Below, in pieces: positions 1 to 11,520 of a DNA stretch of 64,000 bases. The translations under genes and the position numbers were made by a program. A model generated the notes under the pieces. That model made no database searches and had not been told where the DNA came from. It saw only the letters and a program-made list of their open reading frames with translations. Every line of letters begins with the position of its first letter. The first letter of the stretch is position 1. The stretch comes from Octopus bimaculoides (lineage: Eukaryota), in assembly GCF_001194135.2 (NCBI RefSeq), contig NC_069002.1, positions 31,667,638 through 31,731,637 of the forward strand, written 5' to 3'.

Positions 1-304
1 AACAGGAAGTAATCTAAAGACAACAGTGAAAAGACAACAATAATTATTTTGAGCGTTAGGGGTGACAAGGAGGGATGTGGATAAGAATAAAGGAACCAGA
101 GGTTCGGGGCTCACAACTCTAGCCCTGTTGAGTACAATTTATGCCTTTGAGATGTTGAACTAAGTACTTAACCAATCCTTCTTCCACTGAGTATCAGCCT
201 TTGGGGATTCCATCCTTGTTCATATTTTCTCTATAGATTATGATTGATAAATGTTGAAGTTGAATATGAACCGTTCTGAACCAAAAAACCCCACAGCAAA
301 CAGT

Positions 305-1125
305 AGAGGATGACAAGCTGTAGCCAGGGACGACAACAGGGACAAGCTCTGAATAATGGTGGCAAGCTATTTAAAATGGCTGCAGTAAGTTGTGGACGGC
401 AGGAACAAGCCACTGGCAATAATGGCGACAGGCCTTGGACGACAATGGTGACAAGCCTGAGATGGCAACAGTGATAAGCCTGGGATGACAATGATGACAA
501 GCCTGGGACAACAACAGTGACAAGCCTAGAACGACAACAGTGACAAGACTGGGACGACAACAGTGACAAGCCAGGGATACCGACGATGACAAGCCAGGGA
601 TAATGACGGTGACAAACCTGGGACGACAATGGTGACAAGCCTGGGATGACAACAGTGACAAGCCTGGGATGACAATGCGACAAGCCTGGGACGACAATGA
701 CGACAAGCCTGGGACGACAATGACGACAAGCCTGGGACGACAATGACGACAAGCCTGGGATGACAATGACGACAAGCCTGGGATGACANNNNNNNNNNNN
801 NNNNNNNNNNNNNNNNNNNNNNNNNNNNNNNNNNNNNNNNNNNNNNNNNNNNNNNNNNNNNNNNNNNNNNNNNNNNNNNNNNNNNNNNNNNNNNNNNNNN
901 NCGACAATGGTGACAAGCCTGGGATGACAACAGTGACAAGCCTGGGATGACAATGCGACAAGCCTGGGATGACAATGCGACAAGCCTGGGACGACAATGA
1001 CGACAAGCTTGGGACAACAATGGTGACAAGCCTGGGACAACAACAGTGACAAGCCTAGAACGACAACAGTGACAAGACTGGGACGACAACAGTGACAAGA
1101 CTTGGATGACAAAGGTGACAAGCCA
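305..1125. repeat. ~23-bp minisatellite (unit like TGACGACAAGCCTGGGACGACAA), interrupted by an N gap
   Basis: Dozens of GACAAGCCTGGGA(C/T)GACAA units with 22/23-bp variants; source of the three Cys/Val-rich repetitive minus-strand ORFs. Confidence 0.95.
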
Positions 1126-1129
1126 TATC

Positions 1130-1345
1130 TACTTCTATTATTCAGAAGATGACCCTGAAGTGGTTTGGGAAAAGCATATCAATACACCGTCTCTTGTCAT
1201 TTGGGTGGTGATATTGTCTTCAGGGATTTGTGCATTCCATATTCAACGAGAGACGATGAATGGTGATCGTCACTTGGCATTGTGTGAAAACATTCATCTG
1301 GCTGTTTTTTTTGATACCGTCATTCCAAAATCTTTGTGCAAGACA
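1130..1345 (+). pseudogene. Decayed Tc1/mariner-superfamily transposase fragment (catalytic region)
   Basis: ORF 1106-1375 reads YYSEDDPEVVWEKHINTPSLVIWVVILSSGICAFHIQRETMNGDRHLALCENIHL, resembling the 'YW..ENPH...E.H.N.P.V.VW.G.SS.G.IGPFFF..TV.G..YL.ML' stretch of Tc1-like DDE transposases. Recognised by eye. Confidence 0.55.
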
Positions 1346-2011
1346 GAACAACACCTCATTATAACAAATGTGTAAGAAACTTCCTCAATCAGCACCTACG
1401 AGATCATTGGATTTTCAAAAACTCAAGTTGGGGGCATTAATTTTGGCCCCCACACACATACATAATACATACATACATGTAACAAAACAGGAAAGTGGAA
1501 ATTTTGTGGCATTATTTATTCTCCATATTTTCCACTTCCCTGTTTTGTTATACAATAAGTCTGCAAATAATGTTTTCATAATTCTCAATATGTGTTTCGA
1601 TAACATGCAGCGGCAACTGTGACTACATTCTGGATTGTAATAATGGGATAAGCAGATGTGCTTCGAGAGGAAACAGCTGGGACTTACTCTAATTACACAC
1701 ACACACACACACACCTTATCATTTTCTCTAGTATCGTAGTATATATTCTATGTTTTGTAGACTGATATATTAAGGATTAGTTGAATCCATATATTGTGAC
1801 TGAAGATAGATCGCTGACCACTACACACATTTTCTTTCTCTCTTTGTTTCTTTCTGTGTTCCTTTCTGTGGAAGAGTGTAGGCTCGAAATGTTAAAGACT
1901 TTTTCAATTCCTGAACGTTACACTAATACATCTGTTTGTTGTTTACACCACCTGTCTTCGTCTGTTGATTTCTTTTGTGAATTCTCCTTATATATATATA
2001 TATATATATAC

Positions 2012-2556
2012 TCTTTTTCTCTTTTACTCTTTTACTTGTTTCAGTCTTTTGACTGCGGCCATGCTGGAGCACTGCCTTTAGTCGAATCAAATCGACCCCA
2101 GAACTTATTCTTTGTAAGCCTAGTACTTATTCTATCAGTCTCTTTTGCCAAACCACTAAGTTACGGGGACACAAACACACCAGCATCAGTTGTCAAGCGA
2201 TGTTGGGGGGGGGGGNNNNNNNNNNNNNNNNNNNNNNNNNNNNNNNNNNNNNNNNNNNNNNNNNNNNNNNNNNNNNNNNNNNNNNNNNNNNNNNNNNNNN
2301 NNNNNNNNNNNNNNNNNNNNNNNNNNNNNNNNNNNNNNNNNNNNNNNNNNNNNNNNNNNNNNNNNNNNNNNNNNNNNNNNNNNNNNNNNNNNNNNNNNNN
2401 NNNNNNNNNACGACGAGCTTCTTTCAGTCTCCGTCTACCAAATCCACTCACAATGCTTTGGTCGGCCCATGGCTATAATAGAAGACACTTGCCCAAGTGG
2501 AGCTGAACCTGAGACCATGTGGTTGGTAAGCAAGCTACTTACCACACAGCCACTCT
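2012..2556 (-). mobile_element. tRNA-headed SINE, family A, with an N gap at its internal microsatellite
   Basis: Reverse complement of the 11119 copy: head GAGTGGCTGTGTGGTAAG..., body and tail ...TGACTGAAACAAGTAAAAG. Confidence 0.9.
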
Positions 2557-3169
2557 TGCACCAATATATATATATATTCTTTTAAGATAGTAAAAAAAAA
2601 GGATCTACTTTGAGGGTCTGCACTTGCTGTTATTGCCCATGTTGAATATCCCATGAAGTGGCTTCCCCATTGGCTGGGACCACTGACTTGAATTATGGGA
2701 TAGGTACTGTGTTGGGTTATGGGATGTGCACTGTGTTGTGTCGCGTGTGTGTTATACTAAGGTACTATGTGTGTACGAGAGTGGTGTGGTGATGTTTTTA
2801 CTAAATTTCACTCCTGGAATGACCAACGCCATGGTTTAGTAACCTGAAACTAAAATCAATAAACTATTACTGATAATTCTGAGAAACAGCCATAAATATT
2901 CCACCATTTCTGCCGCTGCCGTCAACAACAACAACAACAACAAATCTTAACATATTACATTATCACATCTCAACCACCCTCTACTTCGTTTACAAACCTG
3001 ACAGAAATAATAACTAATTTATCCTCAAAACGACATTTTAACATAGCCTGAGGTATACTCTGTCTCTAAAAACAAGATGTGATAGCCATGGTTGGACTGA
3101 CTTACCTATGGACCTATTTTCTTATTCAGAGCTGACTTAGGGGTAAAAACATCAACTGTTACATGCACA

Positions 3170-3510
3170 AGCATGGTAAGAGGAATGCTTCCCAACCATG
3201 TAGTTCTGGGTTCAGTCCCACTGCATAGTATCTTGGGCAAGTGTTTCTACTATAGCCTTGAGCCAACAACCGAAGCCTTGTGAGTGAATTTGGTAAACGT
3301 TAACTGAAAGAAGCCAGTTGTGCATGTGTGTCACCTGCCATTTCTTGACAACTGGTGTTGGCTTGTTTACATCTCTATAACTTAGCGATTTGGTAAAAGA
3401 GACTGATGGAATAAGTACTTTAAAAAAAGTAGTGGTGCTGATTTGTTTGACTAAACTCAAGGTGGTGCCCCAGCATGGCCACAGTCCAAAGACCAAAACA
3501 AGTAAAAAAA
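3170..3510 (+). mobile_element. Diverged family A SINE
   Basis: Contains GGTTCAGTCCCACTGC..TTGGGCAAGTGT..AAAGCCTTGTGAGTGAATTTGGTA and the tail GGTGGTGCCCCAGCATGGCCACAGTC. Confidence 0.8.
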
Positions 3511-3715
3511 AGGCGTCTACAACTTCTCACAACAACAGGCCTTAACGTATTACATTATCAAGTCTCAAATAGTCTCTAAATAGTTTACTAACCTGATAAA
3601 AATAATAACTAAATTCTCCCTCAAACAACCACACCCAGGTGACCCACCAGGTGAAGCTTAGTACTCTATACTCACCAACCGTTTAACATCTTTTGTGTGT
3701 GTGTGTGTGTGTGTA

Positions 3716-3933
3716 TGAGGGGGATGCTGAAAAGTTCCTGGCTTTAAGGGTATCATGAAAGGTCTGGCTGGAGACTCAACCTTCCGAGTTCCTTTCCAGG
3801 GCTTAAAAAAACTGAAGGACCACTGTAATAAGTGTGTGAATCTGAGACGGGAATATGTTGAATAAAATCATAACTAACTGATCCTCCTGTATTTTCTTTT
3901 ACCCAAAGCTAGGAACTTTTCAGCACTCCCTCA
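3716..3933 (+). mobile_element. Internally deleted mariner element (MITE) retaining the transposase C-terminus
   Basis: ~30-bp TIRs TGAGGGGGATGCTGAAAAGTTCCTGGCTTT / AAAGCTAGGAACTTTTCAGCACTCCCTCA, TA on the left; 3797-3865 encodes QGLKKLKDHCNKCVNLRREYVE*, typical of mariner C-termini. Confidence 0.85.
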
Positions 3934-4103
3934 AATGTATGTACGTATGTATGCATGTGTGTATATTATGTGTAATATATACATGTACATAAGTATATAT
4001 GTGGTCCATGATTTGTTTATGTATGTATTTTGTGATCTATGTCTGTTTGTATGTATAACACAATGAGATGTGGCACACATACATATATATATATATATGT
4101 ATA

Positions 4104-4228
4104 TACACGTGTATAAGGGATGACCACTAGGTGGACATCCAATATGCTAGAAAGAGGTCATCAACGACCCAGCCACAAAGAAAAACATATTGGATGTCCA
4201 CCTAGTGGTCATCCCTTATACATGTGTA
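4104..4228. repeat. Foldback inverted repeat (43-bp arms, 39-bp spacer)
   Basis: 4104-4146 and 4186-4228 are reverse complements with one mismatch. Confidence 0.9.
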
Positions 4229-5479
4229 ATACAATTTTTTTCTGAATTTTCAGATTTTATTATATGCTAGGCCACTTGGTTTTAAATTGAATTAATATTC
4301 CATTTATTACCCTATCTATATAAATAATAATTTNNNNNNNNNNNNNNNNNNNNNNNNNNNNNNNNNNNNNNATATATATATATATATATACAGGTCTTGT
4401 CAGTGCTGGTGCCATGTAAAAAGCACTCAGTCCACTCAAGAACAGTGAATCCTGGTGCAGCCCTTGTCTAACTACCCAGCCAATGCCAGCATGAGAAGCG
4501 GATATCAAATGATGATACACTCTCTCTCACACACATACACACAAATGACAAACAGCTACCACTGCTATTAACGTCAGTCACAATTTGTCAATGTAAACAC
4601 CAGGACACAGAAATAGGACGAAGTCCGCATTTATTTACACCAATGATGCTTTAGTAATCTGCCTCGTAGCATCACAGTCAATGGTGAAAATAACCTAGTA
4701 AGACGGTGATTAGCAAAGATGCCAGAATGAACGTAAAGCTTAGTGCTATTTCTTCCATCTCTCAGAGCTGAGCTTCAAATTCTACCGAATTTGAATTTAC
4801 TTTCATATGAGTTGATAATTAGATACCAGCTTAATACTGAGGGCAGGTCAATTCTCTTTCTCTCTTTCCAGATTATACCAGTAATTCTAAAGGCTCAGTT
4901 TTGTTACAGTCTCGCACCAAATCAATCTGAGAATTTTCTTGAGGTACACTTGCCTGTCCGCCAATAGGTCATGTCCTTGTGATGTGGTGACTTGCATGCC
5001 TCATTGACCCGGAGACGCTCTGCCAGCAGCCTTCCCTCCCACCCCCAGTAGGGCCTTCCATGCTGGACAGAACAAGAGATAGAGGCTAGACTAATATGGA
5101 CCAGCTCTTCCCCGAGGTGAAAATGGGTTTGTGTAGGGCCAACGCTCCTAACTAGAAAACAAGCAAAACAACTAAATCAGTGATGACAATACAAAGCGAA
5201 CAAGACCCTGGAGAGGAAGGCCCCACCCTTCTTGGGACCTGGAACCCACAAGAGAGATGGGTCCAACTGGAAGAAATAGCTCAGTCAAGAACAGTATAGA
5301 AAAGTTGCTGATAGCTTATGCTCCACAGTGAAGTGAAAGGCTTAAGTATATATACCTGTCTGTGGAATATTCAACCATATATAGGTTAATTTCATAAAAG
5401 AAAAAGAATTTAGTGGATTAAACAAGAGAAGCTTCATCACTGAAACTAATGGAAGATTCACCAAATAATCTGGTTTATA

Positions 5480-5790
5480 ATACAGATGATGGTTAATTGG
5501 CTTCATAGGATTACAGATGATGGTTAATTGGCTTCATAGGATTACAGATGATGGTTAAATGGTTTATAGGGTTCCAGGCATTGCTTAAATGGTTTATAAG
5601 ATTAAATATAGTTAAAAGGTTTATAGGATTACAGACAATGGTTAAATGGCTTATAGGATTACAGATGATGGTTAAACGGTTTATAATGTCACTGATGATG
5701 GCTTAATGGGTTATAATAACACAGATGATGGGTTAAATGGTTTATACAGATGATTTGTTAAATGCTTTATGCAGATGATGGTTAAGCAAT
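5480..5790. repeat. 30-31-bp degenerate minisatellite (TTACAGATGATGGTTAA(T/A)TGGCTT(C)ATAGGA)
   Basis: About ten units visible; the first two are exact. Confidence 0.85.
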
Positions 5791-5809
5791 TTAATCAAGA
5801 CAAAGTGCG

Positions 5810-6095
5810 TAGTACCTTGGGTTGGTGCCATTTACCATAAACTTGGATCAACCCAAGCTTTCTGGGTAAAATTGAGTGGATGGAAACTGTATGGAAGCCT
5901 CTCAGATGGAATTCACCTGTTATTCAATAAGGATACCCCTGGCACACACACTATGTTACACTGATTTTGGCTGAGAATTCTATAAGGGTGTGAGTGTCTT
6001 TGGTGTACTCAGCCATGTAGACTAATTCCATCAGCAGGAAGCTCAGTTGATAGGATAACTGAAACACTCATTGGTGAACTTGATGGAGACTCAGT
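5810..6095 (+). mobile_element. Old diverged SINE; 3' part resembles the tail of the 58724-59105 family
   Basis: AAGGGTGTGAGTGTCTTTGGTGTACTCAGCCA...CAGCAGG..GTTGATAGGATAACTG aligns by eye to the reverse complement of 58724-58840. Confidence 0.55.
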
Positions 6096-6098
6096 TAC

Positions 6099-6137
<39 letters not shown>

Positions 6138-6169
6138 ATATGTTGGTTTGAGTGGGTGTGCTTGAGTTA

Positions 6170-6305
6170 GTGAGTGAGTGAGTGTCTGAGCGAGTGAGTG
6201 TCTGAGCGAGTGAGTGTCTGAGCGAGTGAGTGTCTGAGCGAGTGAGTGTCTGAGCGAGTGAGTGTCTGAGTGAGTGAGTGTCTGAGTGAGTGAGTGTCTG
6301 AGTGA
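6170..6305. repeat. 16-bp minisatellite (GAGTGTCTGAGCGAGT)n
   Basis: About eight near-perfect units next to a (TG)n tract. Confidence 0.9.
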
Positions 6306-6812
6306 GGGTGTTTGAGTATGAAATGTGTGTGTTTGAATATGTGTGCACATATGCATGTGTGTGTGTATGCTTGGGTTTGTGTATGTGTATGTGCTTCTAT
6401 GTGTGTGTGTGGTAAAGCCTGACCTTCACTCTCAGACGTTGCAATATTGAAACTATTTCCTCTGACTAAAAGACTAAATTCTTAACTGCTGAGCTTTGCT
6501 GAAATATTGCCAAGATAATGAGGAAAAGGTGGGTGAAGATGGTGGGGAGAAATGCAGAGAAGAGAGAGAGAGAGAAGATGGTAGATATAAAAGAAGTCAT
6601 TACACAGGAAGGAGGGAGAGGGAAAGAGAGAGAGAGAGAGAGACAAACAGAGAAAAACAAGGGAGAACCAAGTTCTGAAGAAGAAAAACAATCTCACAAT
6701 AAAGAATTTCTATTGAAACGAAATTTATCTAAGTTTAAAATCAAAAATATATTTCAAATTTCCTGACATTTGTTTTTCTTTTATGATTATTATTATTATT
6801 ATTATTATTATT

Positions 6813-6925
6813 GTTATTATTGAGTGAGAGAGCAGTGCATGCCATCAAAGTGACACTGGGGTACAAATATATGAAGCCCATTATATCCATCATGGCTACC
6901 AGTCTGATAAGGGTACACCAGGGAT
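6813..6925 (-). mobile_element. 5'-truncated copy of the (AAT)n-flanked element at 9749-10305
   Basis: TGAGTGAGAGAGCAGTGCATGCCATCAAAGT...AAGGGTACACCAGG is the reverse complement of 10205-10305 and abuts a (TTA)n tract. Confidence 0.85.
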
Positions 6926-7490
6926 TTGAGGGAGTTTTGACAGTTATTTCTAGGATACTGAATGACCATGCAGAACCTCCATCACTTATGATCATGGTGG
7001 TAGTAGTACGGTGCAACTACTGCTTCTACTACTACAAATAATAATCCTTTCTAATTCAAGCACAAGGCCTGAAATTTAGAGGGGAGGGGTGCAATTACAT
7101 CAACCCCCACCACAATTTTTTTTTTGCTTTGTAAAGTCTGGTACTCATTCTATTGGTCCCTTTTGCCAAACTTATAGGGTTGTAAACACACAAACACCAG
7201 TTGTCAAGTGGTGGTCAAGGAAAAACGGACACACAAAGAGACCCCCCCACACACACACACATCAGGGGCATATATTCCAGGTGTGTTAGGTGTGCCCTAA
7301 ACACCATTTGAAAATGGCAAATTAATTATAAATATTAACCTTAGTCATTAATTTAATCACAAATCTTAATGGAAAACCTATGTTATACCCCTGCCAGAAA
7401 TCTGGCAACAGTGGTTGTGGTAGCACACCCAATACAACCACCACGATACACCACTGAGATATATATATATATATGTATGTATATATATAT

Positions 7491-7887
7491 CTGGCTTCTG
7501 TGCCAGTGGCACGTAAATAGCACCATTTGAGCGTAATCGTTACCAGCGTCGTCTTCCTGGCACTTATGCCAGTGGCACGTGAAAAAGACATTCGAGCGAG
7601 GTCATTGCCAGTGCCGCCGGACTGGCTCCTGTGCAGGTGGCACATAAAATACACCATTTTGAGCATGGCCGTTGCCAGTACCTCCTGACCGGCCTTTGTG
7701 CCAGTGGCACGTAAAAAAAGCACCCACTACACTCTGAGTGGTTGGCATTTAGGAAGGGCATCCAGCTGTAGAAACTCTGCCAGATGAGATTGGTGCCTGG
7801 TGTAGCCACTAGGTTCGCCAGTCCCCAGTCAAATTGTCCAACCCATACTGGCATGGAAGGCGGACATTAAACGAAGATGATGATGAT
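7491..7887 (+). mobile_element. Family C: headless modular retroposon with RTE-like 3' tail
   Basis: Four ~60-bp modules (GTGCCAGTGGCACGTAAAA.AGCACC...), then TTAGGAAGGGCATCCAGCTGTAGAAAC and the tail CCAACCCAT..GCATGGAA.GCGGACATTAAACGA(TGA)n. Confidence 0.85.
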
Positions 7888-7914
7888 TTGTTAATATTTA
7901 GCAGATGTAACAGG

Positions 7915-8100
7915 GTGAGGGTTAGTTAAGTCAATTACATCAACCCCAGAGCACAACTGGTACTTATTGTATCGGCCCTGAAAGGATGAAAAATAAAGTC
8001 AACCTCAGCAGAACTTAGAACTCAGAACAAAAAGACGAAATTTCCTGCTCAGCATTTTGCCTGGCATTCTAGCAATTAAACCAGCTCACCACCTTACCAC
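7915..8100 (-). mobile_element. Family B SINE (diverged)
   Basis: Reverse complement contains GGTGAGCTGG...TTCTGAGTTCTAAG..GAGGTTGACTTT...TTCATCCTTTC..GATACAATAAGTACCAGTT. Confidence 0.75.
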
Positions 8101-8547
8101 CACCACCACCACCACCACTGGCAGTAGCTGCTATATCAGTAGTACTAATAGTAGTGGTGGTGATAGTAGTAACAGTTAAACCAACGGAAACAGTAAAACA
8201 GGAAGGACAATGACAACTCACAAAGGGAACCATTACATGGCTGCCCTGTAAGAGTCAAATGCTAGAAATAACAGCCAAATCTCACTGATAATGTAATCCT
8301 TGTCAAGCAACCCAAAAGATGGGATGGTCATGTCTGGAACACCTTTGGTCCTATACTACTACTACTATAGCAGCCACTATCATTATTAGTAGCAGTTGTA
8401 GCATCAGTTGAAAGCCTCATAGATTTGACCTGGAGTTCAACAACAGCTGTTAGAGTGCAAATAGTAAAGCTGTTACACTAAAGGTCGCACCATACATTGG
8501 TCTTCCTTTTCTCTCAAATGTATGCGTGTGTGTGTGCATTTTTGTCT

Positions 8548-8930
8548 TGTCTTTTACTTGTTTCAGTCATTTGACTGCGGCCATGCTGGAACACCGCCTT
8601 TAGTCGAGCAAATAGACCCCAGGACTTATTCTTTGTAAGCCTAGTACTTATTCTATCGGTCTCTTTTGCCAAAAAGCTAAGTTAAGGGGATGTAAACACA
8701 CCAGCATCGGTTGTCAAGTGATGCTGGGGAGACAAACACAGACACACACACATATATACATATATACGACGGGCTTCTTTCAGTTTCCGTCTACCAAATC
8801 CACTCACAAGGCTTTGGTCGGCTTGGGTCTATAGTAGAAGACACTTGCCCAAGGTGCCATGTAGTGGGAATGAACCCGGAACCATGTGGTTGGTAAGCAA
8901 GCTACTTACCACACAGTCACTCCTGCGCCT
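8548..8930 (-). mobile_element. Family A SINE, near full length
   Basis: High similarity to the reverse complement of 11119-11520. Confidence 0.9.
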
Positions 8931-9748
8931 ATTTGCTTATTCTTGTTATTATTCTTTTTTTATTTTTTAAAGCCTGGTACTAATTCTATTGGTCTCTTTT
9001 ACCGAACTGCTAAGTTACAGGAACATAAACACACCAACACCAGTTGTCAAGTGGTGATGGAGGACAAGCAGACACAAACACACAAACACACACAAAGATA
9101 CACACATACATACACACATCAGGCTTCTTTCAGTTTCTATTATCAAATCCACTCACAAGGCTTTGGTCGACCCGAAGCTAGAGTAGAAGATATTTGCCAA
9201 AGGTACCATGCAGTGGGACTGAACCCAGAACCATGTGATTGGGAGGTTTAGCAAAAAAATTTGATAGAATAAGGATCAAACTTTACAAAAAAAAACAAAC
9301 AAAAACAAAATGTACTGGAGTTCATTTGTTCAACTAAATCCTTCAAGGTGGTGCCCCAGCATGGCCGTAGTCATATGACAAACAAATAAAAGATAAGAGA
9401 ACTAAAAGCAACAGAAACCGTGCAGAGGAGGAAGGTTAACGGGTACAATAGGGGTTATCGTATCTCAGATGATAACATCTATAAGACTCCTGGTCCGATC
9501 TCTTGGGTACTGAGAGTCACAGCTGGGATATCACTTCCAGATATGAGTCAACAACAGAAGTTCTTGTTGTTGTTGTTTGACCTTAAATCGGTTCTAATCC
9601 AACAGAACAGGATTTCAACTCAACACACAAGAAAAACCGGTACAAATGTTGCAAGGTTTTTTTTTTTTTTATTTCCTGGCATTCAACAGATCCTGTTAGC
9701 TCACTGCTTCCCTGCCCTGTATAATAATAATAATAATAATAATAATAA

Positions 9749-10305
9749 ATGCCCGGATGCAGTTCCAGGCAGTGACACTCATGGCTTCTGATCTCAACTG
9801 ATTGGAAGTGCTATCATGTACATTGTTTTGTTTTGGTATAAAAAGATGGGCTACAGCAAATATTCTGCTCAATACCACAGATTTGAATGTCAGTTGTTTG
9901 ACCTTAACCAGTTGAGCATGTCCCTTGGTGGCTGACGATATGTGCATCTCTGATCACGAGCAGAAGTAGTGGGGGAGCATCATAGCCATGTGTTGAGAAG
10001 AATTCTTTGGGGTTTGGATAATTCACCTTTGGAAACACGGGTGTTTTGCTCAACATCCTTAAACAAACCTTATTCAGGGACCTTTTGAGCGGGATGGGCT
10101 ACTCGACCTGAAGAAAATTCTAACTGGCCCCCACCTGCGAGGTCACGCACTGTTAATCTTAAAATGAGATCACCATGTCGCGCACATATGGTTATGATGC
10201 ATGTGCCTGGTGTACCCTTATCAGACGGGTAGTCATGATGGGTATATTGGGCTTCATATATTTGTACCCCAGTGTGACTTTGATGGCATGCAGAGCTCTC
10301 TCACT
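9749..10305 (+). mobile_element. ~560-bp non-coding interspersed element embedded in (AAT)n
   Basis: (AAT)n runs on both sides (9721-9748 and 10306-10333); a second, partial copy lies at 6813-6925. Confidence 0.7.
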
Positions 10306-10524
10306 CAATAATAATAATAATAATAATAATAATCCTGTCTATAAAAGGCACAAAGCCAGAAATTTTTTGAGGGCGTTGAGCTAGTTGACTACAACTCCAG
10401 TGCTCATTACACTTATCTGTCCATGTAAACAAAGAGAGGGCATTGACATACCAAAGAAGCAAAACTGCCTTGCTGTTTTTCTATCGTATCACACCGTTTG
10501 TGATTCTGACTCAGTTTCTCTAAG

Positions 10525-10650
10525 GGGTCAAGTACGGGGGGAGATCTGACCTCACCACTTAGTCCCAAGTGGCTTCTCTGCCAACACGATACTGGTCCAG
10601 CACGCGTCTCCCATTCACATGACATGATGCCAACACCAGCAGTCATCTTA
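10525..10650 (-). pseudogene. Decayed RTE-clade LINE reverse-transcriptase C-terminal fragment
   Basis: Minus frame reads DDCWCWHHVM*MGDACWTSIVLAEKPLGTKW*GQISPRT*, matching the RTE 'RW.GHV.RM.D.RW...VL.W.P.G.R..GRP...W' pattern. Confidence 0.55.
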
Positions 10651-11118
10651 ACAGCAGCATACCTAAACTAATTCTGTTAAAGGCCATTCATGCTCTCAGT
10701 CTGCTTACGTTTCACTTGTTTCGTATTACATAACATTACATGTACAATTGATGACATTTAAATCATGTCTCTCTCCATCATCCACAGCTCATTGCCATCA
10801 GCACTGGGTTTAGACCTGGTGGAAACTCATGGGACAATAGGGTCTCTTGTGGGGGAGACCCTAACCCTACAATTTTGCTAATTAAAAACTTAAGATAATA
10901 ATGATGATCCCATTAAATCTAGAGTCCCCAAATAGTTTGAAGAGGCTCCTGAAACTTAAAAAGGGTCTTGGTAGGGTCAGAGGGAATCAGTTAAATTTAA
11001 TGCCTTTTTAAATCTAAAAAGGGCCCAATAAATAAATAAAAAAGATACAATAAATATAAAAGGATTATTGGATTTTAAAAAATTTAAACAAGTAAAAATA
11101 ATTACAAATTATTTACTT

Positions 11119-11520
11119 GAGTGGCTGTGTGGTAAGTAGCTTGCTTACCAACCACATGGTTCTGGGTTCAGTCCCACTGCGTGGCACCTTGGGCAAGTGT
11201 CTTCTACTATAGCCTCGGGACGACCAAAGCCTTGTGGGTGGATATGGTAGGCGGAAACTGAAAGAAGCCCGTCATATATATGTATATGTATATATGTATG
11301 TGTACATGTTTGTGTGTCTGTGTTTGTCCCCCCAACGTCGCTTCACAACCGATGCTGGTGTGTTTATCTCCTTGTAACTTAGCAGTTCAGCAAAAGAGAC
11401 CGATAGAATAAGTACTAGGCTTACAAAGATTAAGTCCTGGGGTCGATTTGCTCGACTAAAGGCGGTGCTCCAGCATGGCCACAGTCAAATAACTGAAACA
11501 AGTAAAAGAGAGTAAAAAGA
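11119..11520 (+). mobile_element. Family A tRNA-headed SINE, reference copy
   Basis: Pol III A-box-like TGGCTGTGTGG and B-box-like GGTTCAGTCCC, internal (TA/TG)n, tail TGACTGAAACAAGTAAAAGAG; more than 20 full or partial copies in the window. Confidence 0.92.

Noticed and set aside
231-1121. 296/211/190-aa Cys-rich minus-strand ORFs
   Set aside because: Translations of a 23-bp (non-triplet) minisatellite spanning an N gap; open in several frames.
6009-6100. Protein-looking frames on both strands (PCRLIPSAGSSVDRITETLIGELDGDS / TESPSSSPMSVSVILSTELPADGISLHG)
   Set aside because: The sequence aligns by eye to the 3' tail of the SINE family at 58724; no good splice donor.
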